A stretch of DNA of 64,000 bases from a candidate division WOR-3 bacterium. GTDB taxonomy: Bacteria; Hydrothermota; Tepidihabitantia; Tepidihabitantales; Tepidihabitantaceae. The translations under genes were made by a program, and so were the position numbers. The stretch lies in contig CBFGIT010000005.1 of the NCBI GenBank assembly GCA_965648905.1, positions 68,335 to 132,334 of the forward strand, in the 5' to 3' direction. Below the pieces are notes generated by a model. It did no database searches and was not told where the DNA came from. It worked only from the letters and a program-made list of their open reading frames with translations. This document shows, piece by piece, positions 56,824-64,000 of this stretch. Numbering within the stretch: the stretch's first letter is position 1; every line of letters begins with the position of its first letter.

Positions 56824-57995
56824 GACGCCCGGACATCACGATTGTCGTCTGTGCCCTGCTGCTCGGCCTTGCCGGCGTGCTCACGGTCTTCTCTGCCGGC
56901 GGCACGTTCTATTTCGTTCGCCAGCTTTTCTTCCTGCCGGTTGCGGCCCTGGCGGCGTTCGGCGCTTACCTGCTGCCCCGGCGCGTGCTGCTGGCCTTGG
57001 CCGAGCCTCTTTATGCAGTTGCGCTGCTGGCCCTGGTCGCGGTGCTGCTGGCCGGAACCGGGCCCGGCTCGAAACGGTGGTTCGTACTGGGCCCAATCTA
57101 CGTCCAGCCGTCTGAAGCTGCCAAGCTGGCGGTTGTTGTCATCCTGGCCAAGTATCTGAGCATCAAACGCACCATTGGGTTCACGTTTCGTGACCTTGCC
57201 GTTCCGGTCCTGCTCGTGTTGATTCCGGCGGTGCTGGTGATGGCTGAGCCAGACCTGAGCACCGGCCTGACTTTCGGGGCAGCACTCGCAGCAATGCTCT
57301 ACTGGAGCGGGCTGCGGCCATTGCACCTTCTGCTCTTGTACACGCCGGCGATATCGTTCGCTGCCGGTTTCTCGCTCTGGACATGGGTTCCATTCTTCGT
57401 CTTCCTTGCTGTGGTCACGATTGCCCGTTCGGGAATCAGGAAGTCACTTGCGGCGCTTGCGGTTAGTGCCGGATTCGGCCTGCTCTCGCCGGTAGTTCTC
57501 TCGATGCTTAAAGAGTACCAGCGCGCACGGATCCGTGCCTTTGTTGCACCCTGGTTTGACCCGCACGGCGTGGGCTGGAACGTTATCCAGTCGCAGATTG
57601 CCATTGGTTCGGGTCGGCTCCTGGGCAAGGGTTTCCTGCGCGGCACTCAGAAGCGTCTTGGGTTTCTGCCCAACCGTCACACCGACTTTGCGTTCTCGAG
57701 CATTGCTGAGGAGTTCGGTTTCATCGGGTGTCTGGTGCTGCTCGGTCTTTTCGCACTGCTGCTGTATCGGTTCCTGCGCACGGCCCGGTACTCTCGGGAC
57801 AGCTTCGGCGCTGCACTTTGCGTCGGCTTTGCGGCCTTTGTTGGTTATCAGGTGTTCATCAACGTGGGGATGCTTCTTGGTCTGATGCCGGTTACCGGGA
57901 TTCCTTTGCCGTTCATCAGCTACGGTGGTTCGTCGCTTCTGCTCAACGCTACAATGGTCGGTCTGGTGCTCAACGTGTCGGCTCGGCCTGAATGA
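56820..57995 (+). CDS. rodA: RodA (SEDS)
   Basis: QPSEAAK, EPDLST, QSQIAIGSG, HTDF, TGIPLPFISYGGS. Confidence 0.95.
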   Translation: MRRPDITIVVCALLLGLAGVLTVFSAGGTFYFVRQLFFLPVAALAAFGAYLLPRRVLLALAEPLYAVALLALVAVLLAGTGPGSKRWFVLGPIYVQPSEAAKLAVVVILAKYLSIKRTIGFTFRDLAVPVLLVLIPAVLVMAEPDLSTGLTFGAALAAMLYWSGLRPLHLLLLYTPAISFAAGFSLWTWVPFFVFLAVVTIARSGIRKSLAALAVSAGFGLLSPVVLSMLKEYQRARIRAFVAPWFDPHGVGWNVIQSQIAIGSGRLLGKGFLRGTQKRLGFLPNRHTDFAFSSIAEEFGFIGCLVLLGLFALLLYRFLRTARYSRDSFGAALCVGFAAFVGYQVFINVGMLLGLMPVTGIPLPFISYGGSSLLLNATMVGLVLNVSARPE

Positions 57996-58013
57996 TGTTC
58001 TGCCTGATTGCCG

Positions 58014-59111
58014 ATGACTGACATTCGTTCTCTTACCCGGGCGCAGCTTGAGGGGTACTGTGCTGAGCGTTCCTGGCCCCGCTATACTGCTGCACAGGTA
58101 CTTGCCTGGTTGTGGCAGAAAGGGGTCCGCACCTTTGACGAAATGACCAATCTGTCAAAGGAGAAACGGGCCCGGCTTGCTGCGGATTTTTCCTTGGGCT
58201 GGTTAGAGCTGGAGCAGGTGCTGGCTGACTCGGACGGCACGAAGAGATTCACGTTCCGCCTCGCGGATAACGAGGTCGTCGAATCGGTATTCATCCCGGA
58301 CCAGGAACGCCGGACGGTCTGCATTTCGTCACAAGTCGGCTGCGGATTGGGGTGTGCGTTCTGTGCTACGGCGCGGATCGGTCTTCGTCGTAACTTGGCC
58401 TGGCACGAGATGTGTCTTCAGGTTCTTGCGGTCCGTGAGCAGGTCCGTGGGGCAGTGTCCGATGCCGGTGCGCCGCCCCTGACCAACGTTGTCTTTATGG
58501 GCATGGGTGAGCCGTTTCTCAACTACGATGCCGTCATCGAGGCAATCAGGGTAATGAATCACGATCAGGGCTTGGGTATTGGCGCCCGCCACATCACGGT
58601 CTCAACCGCGGGTATTCCAACGGGCATCCGTGCCTACGCCCGATTTCCGCTCCAGACCCGGCTGGCAGTTTCGCTCAACGCATCGGACAATGAGACCCGT
58701 TCCCGACTCATGCCGGTCAATCGTGACCACCCGCTTGAGGAACTGATGGCCGCGGTTCGGGAGTTTGTGCGCATCAAGGACAAACGAGTGACGTTCGAGT
58801 ATGTGCTGATTGACGGCGTCAACAACCGGGACCAGGATGCGGTGCAGCTTGCCCGGTTGCTCCGGCATGTGCCGTGCAAGGTCAACCTGATACCGCTCAA
58901 TCCATTTCCTGGCGGTCGGTTCCAGGTACCGGCTCCGGCTGAGGTCGAGCGTTTTGCCGCGCAGCTCTATCCGCTCCTGCCGGCAGTTACGATTCGCCGC
59001 AGCCGGGGCGCGCGAATCCTTGCTGCCTGCGGCCAGCTCGCCGGCAGCGGCTACCGGGCCACGACAACCCGAGTGATTCCGGAAGAACCTCGACCCCGGT
59101 CCGCTACCTGA
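58014..59111 (+). CDS. rlmN: 23S rRNA/tRNA m2A methyltransferase RlmN
   Basis: CISSQVGCGLGCAFC, MGMGEP, AACGQL. Confidence 0.95.
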   Translation: MTDIRSLTRAQLEGYCAERSWPRYTAAQVLAWLWQKGVRTFDEMTNLSKEKRARLAADFSLGWLELEQVLADSDGTKRFTFRLADNEVVESVFIPDQERRTVCISSQVGCGLGCAFCATARIGLRRNLAWHEMCLQVLAVREQVRGAVSDAGAPPLTNVVFMGMGEPFLNYDAVIEAIRVMNHDQGLGIGARHITVSTAGIPTGIRAYARFPLQTRLAVSLNASDNETRSRLMPVNRDHPLEELMAAVREFVRIKDKRVTFEYVLIDGVNNRDQDAVQLARLLRHVPCKVNLIPLNPFPGGRFQVPAPAEVERFAAQLYPLLPAVTIRRSRGARILAACGQLAGSGYRATTTRVIPEEPRPRSAT

Positions 59112-59170
59112 GCTACGAAATAGACACCGGGCGCGAGCCGGCTCAGGTCGACGGATGCGGCTTGACTCGG
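59051..59170 (-). pseudogene. Remnant of a T9SS-like C-terminal sorting domain, antisense to the rlmN 3' end
   Basis: Translates SVDLSRLAPGVYFV..TRVVVAR*, resembling the CTD of 59325-61919; no upstream gene body. Confidence 0.5.
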
Positions 59171-59324
59171 ATGCCGTTGAGTGTCTTTCTGGCCCCGCGC
59201 GGGAAGTTTGTGTCGCCTCGCAGGCTCAGGTTGTCGACTTCCATCTTGTCGGCTGGTTCTAAGGCTGCGGGGCAGATTTGACTTCGGCCTGGCACGGTCT
59301 ATTATTTCCTTGAGGCTTCCGTCC

Positions 59325-61919
59325 ATGAAAATACACACACTCGTGGCTGCACTACTGTCAATCTTCCTGGCGGGTGCGACCGTTCTGGTTCAACCGGCCA
59401 GGGCTGAAGCGCTTGGCGGCGATGCCGCCTGCATCGGTATTGTTGCTCCGGCCGGGACTGCGGACAGCGGTTTTGTCGAAGTGCCCCGGGCAATAGTGAC
59501 GAATCTCGGCGCCGACCCGGTCAGCTTCCATGTTCGCATGACGATTGGGGGGAGTTTCGTTGACTCTGCCCTGGTCAGTAGTCTCGGTTCTCAGGAAATC
59601 GACACGGTCACGTTTCAGCCTTGGACACCTGAGCGGAACGGCACTTGGCCGGTACGTTGCAGCACGATGCTGGCCGGCGACCCTAACCCCTCAAACGATG
59701 CACGCGATACGACGGTTGTTGTTCGGGCCTGGGACGTCGGGCCGTCGGCGATTCTTGTCCCGGCTGATTCGGTCGACTCGGGTATGGTTCTGCAGCCGTG
59801 GGTACAGATCCGCAATCACGGCACTGAGCCCGCCACCTTCCTTGCTTACCTGACTATCGGTTCCTGGCGAGACTCGGTTAGTGTCGTCGACTTGCAGGTC
59901 GGTGAGAATCGTGACGTAGTGTTCAACAGCTGGGCCGCCATCTATCCTGGTCCGAGTGTCGTGCGATGCAGCACCGCCTGGACCATGGACCCATATCCTG
60001 CCAATGACACTTTCAGCCGGCGTTTCTTCGTGCGCGGAACCGTAGGTAACACTGATGTCGCGGCTGAGCGGATTGTCCAGCCGGCGCCGGTCGTGCTTGA
60101 AAGCACGATCGTGGTCCCTGCGGGCGAACTAGTCAACAGAGGCAACCACGCAGCCGAAGTGGAGGTCAGGTTCCGCATGTCGGTATTAGGTTTTGATGTC
60201 TACAGCGACAGCGGGAGTCTGTTCCTTGGTCCTGGGGAACGTGACACCGCCTACTTTTCGACCTGGCTTGCTGCTCCGGCCGGTTTCTATACGGCAGTAT
60301 TTGCAGTCAGTGCTGCCAACGACACCAATCCTAGTAATGACGTCATTGTGACCGAGATCGAGATTTCGACCGACCTGCACGACGTCGGTACATCAGCGCT
60401 GGTCAGGCCGGTTGGTACGATGCGTGCCGGTGCAGTCAGACCCGCGGCCTGGGTCAAAAACTACGGCACTTTGCCCGAAACGTTCCACACCGTATTCTGT
60501 GCTCGGCGGGGAGGGAACATCGCGTACGCCGATTCCGTGCGTACCGTCACTTTGCCGCCCGGCGACTCGGTTGAACTGGAGTTCCGCGTCTGGGACGTGA
60601 CCGCGGGCAACTACACGGTCTCCTGCTCGACTATGCTCTGGTCAGACCAAATCCCGACTAACGATCGTCTGACTGCGAACTTGGTAGTTGAGACCCTACC
60701 GATGCCGCTCGGATGGCGTGAGATGCGTCCGATACCGCTTGGGGCGAAAGAGGTCAAGGGCGGCGGCAGTCTTACCTACCTTCGGTCCAACGGCATGGTC
60801 TACGCGCTCAAGGGCAACAAGACGTCAGAGTTCTACCGATACGTGCCGGCCAAGGATTCCTGGTTTGCTCTGCCCGGCTTGCTGCCCGGCTCGGAGAACA
60901 AACCGGCGGACAAGGGCGCATCGCTCTGCAGCGACGGCGAGCGCTACATCTATGCCACCAAAGGCAACAACACGCTGGACTTCATGCGTTACGATGTCGC
61001 CACCGACAGTTGGCGCGTCCTCTCGCCGGTTCCGCTCGGCCCGAGTAACAAGAAGGTCAAGGGCGGAACCAGGCTCGAATACGTCACGCGCGGCGAGTCG
61101 AGCTACTGCTACCTGCTCAAAGGGTACAAGAACGAGTTTTATCGCTTCGACATCCAGAGCCAGCGCTGGGAGTCGCTGCCGTCGGCCCCGGTCGGAACTT
61201 CGGGCAAGAACGCCTACAAAGAAGGCTCGTTCATTGTCTACGACGGAAGCGCCAGAATCATCGCGGTCAAGGCGTCATACAACGAGGTGTTCGGCTTTGA
61301 CTTGGCGGTCAACAACTGGTTGACCCGGCAGTACCAGGACCTGCCCTTGTACGGACGGGCCAACAAGAAGAAGAAGGTCAAAGACGGCGGCAGCGGCACC
61401 TGGTGTGAGAACTCGATGGTCTGCCTCAAAGGCGGCAATACCCAAGAGACATGGCGGTTCTTCCCGGAGCGCGACTCCTGGTACGAGCTCGATACGATTC
61501 CCCAGGTCGGCATCACCGGCAGCAAGAAGAAAGTCAAGACCGGCGGTGCGGTGGTTCACGCCGGTGAAGGGATTGTCTACGCGCTGAAAGGCAACAAGAC
61601 CCGCGAGTTCTGGCGGTACCGGATTCCAGGTATCGTCGGCGTTGCCGAAGAGCGGTTGTCTGACTTACCGCTGGCCCAAGCCGGGCTGGTTTCGGTCTAC
61701 CCTAACCCGGCGCGCCGGTTCGCGTACCTACGTCTTGCCGGTCCGGACCAGTGCGACCTGGTCCGGCTCTATGACGCGCGCGGCGGTCTGGTCAGTGAAT
61801 TGCCGGCGCGGTCCGGAACCATCCGGCTGGATTGCAGCGGGTTCGGCTCAGGCGTCTATTTCGTCTGCCCGGCCCAAACCCCACGCCCGCTTTCAGCGCG
61901 ACTCGTGGTTCAACACTAA
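59325..61919 (+). CDS. Large exported protein: 4 CARDB-like Ig repeats + Kelch-like propeller + T9SS-like CTD
   Basis: Signal peptide; repeats DV...I..P..V.N.G..F..W...G...V.CST...D..P.ND; repeats Y.LKGNKT.EF.RY; VYPNP..LYDARG..GVYFV. Confidence 0.8.
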   Translation: MKIHTLVAALLSIFLAGATVLVQPARAEALGGDAACIGIVAPAGTADSGFVEVPRAIVTNLGADPVSFHVRMTIGGSFVDSALVSSLGSQEIDTVTFQPWTPERNGTWPVRCSTMLAGDPNPSNDARDTTVVVRAWDVGPSAILVPADSVDSGMVLQPWVQIRNHGTEPATFLAYLTIGSWRDSVSVVDLQVGENRDVVFNSWAAIYPGPSVVRCSTAWTMDPYPANDTFSRRFFVRGTVGNTDVAAERIVQPAPVVLESTIVVPAGELVNRGNHAAEVEVRFRMSVLGFDVYSDSGSLFLGPGERDTAYFSTWLAAPAGFYTAVFAVSAANDTNPSNDVIVTEIEISTDLHDVGTSALVRPVGTMRAGAVRPAAWVKNYGTLPETFHTVFCARRGGNIAYADSVRTVTLPPGDSVELEFRVWDVTAGNYTVSCSTMLWSDQIPTNDRLTANLVVETLPMPLGWREMRPIPLGAKEVKGGGSLTYLRSNGMVYALKGNKTSEFYRYVPAKDSWFALPGLLPGSENKPADKGASLCSDGERYIYATKGNNTLDFMRYDVATDSWRVLSPVPLGPSNKKVKGGTRLEYVTRGESSYCYLLKGYKNEFYRFDIQSQRWESLPSAPVGTSGKNAYKEGSFIVYDGSARIIAVKASYNEVFGFDLAVNNWLTRQYQDLPLYGRANKKKKVKDGGSGTWCENSMVCLKGGNTQETWRFFPERDSWYELDTIPQVGITGSKKKVKTGGAVVHAGEGIVYALKGNKTREFWRYRIPGIVGVAEERLSDLPLAQAGLVSVYPNPARRFAYLRLAGPDQCDLVRLYDARGGLVSELPARSGTIRLDCSGFGSGVYFVCPAQTPRPLSARLVVQH

Positions 61920-61991
61920 GAGACCGACAACCGGTTCCTCTCCACTCCTACACGGCGTCGGCGCAAGGCCGGTCGCGATGTGCCGGCAGAC

Positions 61992-62351
61992 TCAATTGTG
62001 GCTTGGGCGTTTGACTTCGGTCATCACCTGGGTCAGACCGACCGCGTGGCCGTTGTCGAACCGCGGCCGGGTCGACGTGCGCACGCGCCGAAAGTCGCCG
62101 TACTTGCCGGCCAGGCGGATGACATAAGAACTGACCTCGCCGGTCAGGGCCAGGCGCCAGCGGTCCTGCAGCGAATGCAGGTCCTCATGATGCACCAGCG
62201 CAACGAGCGGCATGCCGATCAGCTCATCGGCCTTGAACCCGGTGGTGCTTTCGACCAGTGGACTGACCGCGGTGATTCGACCCTGAAGGTCAAGGTCAAA
62301 CTCAATCCGGCGGGGCTTGGTTACAGGCGGTGTTGCGACTTGGTTCCCCAA
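61992..62351 (-). CDS. Stand-alone PAS domain protein
   Basis: DLQGRITAVSP..GF..DELIG..LVHHED; SD AAGGAG; promoter TTGAAT-N17-TATAAT at 62388-62416. Confidence 0.75.
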   Translation of the reverse strand: MGNQVATPPVTKPRRIEFDLDLQGRITAVSPLVESTTGFKADELIGMPLVALVHHEDLHSLQDRWRLALTGEVSSYVIRLAGKYGDFRRVRTSTRPRFDNGHAVGLTQVMTEVKRPSHN

Positions 62352-62478
62352 CGATTCTCACTCCTTCCCCCGTGGTTGATGTAGATAATTATACCTTGAA
62401 CCGAACCCTGATTCAATTCTGACCGCCGGCTGCCACTGCTCCGCGCCCTGGTTCCAGCACTGCCTGCTCCTGCTCGTC

Positions 62479-62627
62479 CGTCCTCACTTCTGTTGTCTTG
62501 CACTTTGACATCTGCCTTCTGCATTCTGAAATCGCTATTCTGCATTCATCCGCCTTCCGCCCCGTCCTGTCTTCCGTCATCTTGCACTTTGGCATTTGCC
62601 TTCTGCATTCTGAAATCTCTATTCCGC
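62479..62627 (+). repeat. 7-bp-periodic (ATTCTGC-like) 45-bp repeat, copies 1 and 2
   Basis: 62499-62543 and 62583-62627 match at 41/45; spacing is 84 nt. Confidence 0.8.
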
Positions 62628-62662
62628 ACTCTGTCTTCTGCTTCGCGGGCTGCGGTTGCGTA

Positions 62663-62983
62663 CTAGGCTTTGAGAATCGAGATGACCCGGTCGACAACCT
62701 CGTCCAGCTTGGACCGGTTCACTGAGCCGACCCGGTAGAGGACAATCCTCTGGTCGGTCGTGAAGACGCGGTTGGGCCGGACATTGCTGGGCTGACGCAG
62801 CCCGCCCTGCTCAAAGTCGGCCTCATCCAGCGACACAGCGTAGCGGTCGTGTACGGCCTGACTCGTTATCTGGCATAGGATTAGGTCTTCGCCCTCAAGC
62901 TCGGCCAGCACCAGGGCCGGCCGGCGCTTGGCCATGCTCAGGTCGGAGAACGGAAAGGGAACCACAACAACGTCCCCCCTCAC
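62663..62983 (-). CDS. PemK/MazF-family toxin
   Basis: RGDVVVVPFPFSD..KRRPALVL..CQITS. Confidence 0.9.
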   Translation of the reverse strand: MRGDVVVVPFPFSDLSMAKRRPALVLAELEGEDLILCQITSQAVHDRYAVSLDEADFEQGGLRQPSNVRPNRVFTTDQRIVLYRVGSVNRSKLDEVVDRVISILKA

Positions 62984-63174
62984 AGGTCTTGCCAGGCCTC
63001 GTCCTCCTCAGGTCGCAGCCAGTCCTTCTTCAGACTCGACTCGCTCGCCACGGCCGTGGTCATCCCGTCACGGATGACCCTGGCCTTCAGGAAACGCACG
63101 AAATCCGCCACCTCATCCAGCACGGAGTCCGGCACGCTGTCTATTTCGCGCAGCAGTGATTCACGTTTGGTCAT
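62980..63174 (-). CDS. DUF2281-like antitoxin
   Basis: LDEVADFVRFLK..ASESSLKKDWLRPEEDEAWQDL; GTGA overlap; promoter TTGACA-N17-TATTCT at 63208-63236. Confidence 0.8.
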   Translation of the reverse strand: MTKRESLLREIDSVPDSVLDEVADFVRFLKARVIRDGMTTAVASESSLKKDWLRPEEDEAWQDL

Positions 63175-63270
63175 GTAAGCGGCCTATCTAACTGTCGGGC
63201 CTGAAAGAGAATAGGCCCACGCCCTTATCCTGTCAAGCTGTAGTACCCGCCCGGGCTCAGGAACGCCGCT

Positions 63271-63413
63271 CGTCTTCACTTCTACCATTCTGCACTTTGA
63301 CACTTGCCTTCAGCATTCTGAAATCTCTATTCTGCCTTCATCCGCACTCCTGCCTCCTTCCGTTCTTTCTTCGCCTCTGTCATTCTGCACTCTGCAATCT
63401 GCATTCTGCCTTC
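63271..63413 (+). repeat. 7-bp-periodic repeat, copy 3 plus heptamer tail
   Basis: 63291-63335 matches copy 1 at 41/45; further CATTCTGCAC/TCTGCAA/TCTGCAT units at 63381-63413. Confidence 0.8.
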
Positions 63414-63446
63414 GTCCTACCACCACGTCCATCCCCTGACTGGTAA

Positions 63447-64000
63447 GGGGGGTGATGTCCTATACTTCCTGTAAATTCGCGGGTGGTTTTGACTGGAAAG
63501 AAAGAGGGCGTAAGCTCCATGGTCAATGTCCGTTAACCGCCGGCAGTGGCCGGCAGAAAGGATACTTACGCCGTGAAGAGAATAGCACCGAGTGAACGCG
63601 TGCGCAAGCAGATCGAAGGTCTGCTTGAGGACAAGACGTCCAACCAGAGCCAGGACGAGAAAGAACAGAGCCTCCTCATTCTGGCCATCAAACGGATCGT
63701 CCAGGAAGTGGTGGAGAAAGAACAGGCCAGCTTCCTCGGTCGGGAGCGCTACGAGCATCAGGCCGAGGGACACGGCTGGCGCAACGGCTACGAGCCGAGA
63801 ATTCTGCGGACGGCGGTCGGCAAGGTGCCGGTAGAGGTACCGCAGACCCGTGGTACGGCACAGCCGTTCCGGTCCCGGCTGCTGGACGAGCTGGGTGGTC
63901 GGACCGGGGCGTTGGAGCGGCTGGCAAGCGAGATGTATGCCCGGGGGCTTTCGACCCGTGACATCGAAGAGGCCTTTGTCAGTGCGACCGGGGAGCAACT
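63447..64000 (+). mobile_element. IS256-family insertion sequence, left end (truncated by the window)
   Basis: Probable terminal repeat GGGGGGTGATGTCC..TTCCTGTAAATT near 63447-63477, followed by the transposase. Confidence 0.75.
63573..64000 (+). CDS. IS256-family transposase, 3'-truncated (absent from the ORF track)
   Basis: Open frame: FLGRERYE..RNGYEPR.LRTAVGKV.VEVPQTR..MYARGLSTRDIE. Confidence 0.9.
   Translation, partial: MKRIAPSERVRKQIEGLLEDKTSNQSQDEKEQSLLILAIKRIVQEVVEKEQASFLGRERYEHQAEGHGWRNGYEPRILRTAVGKVPVEVPQTRGTAQPFRSRLLDELGGRTGALERLASEMYARGLSTRDIEEAFVSATGEQ

Noticed and set aside
62321..62725. ORFs of 74-94 aa over the heptamer repeats
   Set aside because: Translations of the repeat (ECRRQM/LHSEI patterns); not credible genes.
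62479..63413. Possible CRISPR array
   Set aside because: Only three degenerate copies with irregular spacing enclosing genes; no cas genes in the window.
63417..63998. 193-aa minus-strand ORF at the right edge
   Set aside because: Antisense to the IS256 transposase frame.

Overview
A GC-rich diderm bacterial chromosome segment. The CARDB/Kelch-like proteins with T9SS-like C-terminal domains suggest candidate phylum WOR-3 or an FCB-related lineage (inference). Housekeeping blocks: hslV, glyQ, mnmA, ECF sigma/anti-sigma, pal-cpoB-tolQ-tolR-tolA, dnaE, pgeF, recJ, a BtuCDF-like ABC transporter, trmI, mreBCD-mrdA-rodA-rlmN. Accessory loci: (1) at the left edge, an operon with a Cys-rich beta-rich subunit, a tandem chaperone-like (DUF916/DUF3324- or PapD-like) protein, a secretin and an OM beta-barrel, a candidate chaperone-secretin fibre assembly system; (2) a cluster of exported c-type cytochromes with a DUF5777-like barrel; (3) a DUF499/DUF1156/SNF2 restriction-like defence operon carrying an extra DUF4062-HATPase gene, next to a ~1 kb non-coding region with inverted 12-bp-periodic arms; (4) an Omp85-like barrel fused to an apparently dead M1 peptidase; (5) a three-gene cassette (unknown protein, PD-(D/E)XK-like nuclease, RNase J-like MBL) bracketed by a degenerate duplicate of the dnaE promoter and first codons; (6) three TA-like pairs, one flanked by 7-bp-periodic direct repeats; (7) a truncated IS256-family element at the right edge. 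No rRNA, tRNA or CRISPR array was seen. All family calls come from motif recognition by eye, not database searches.
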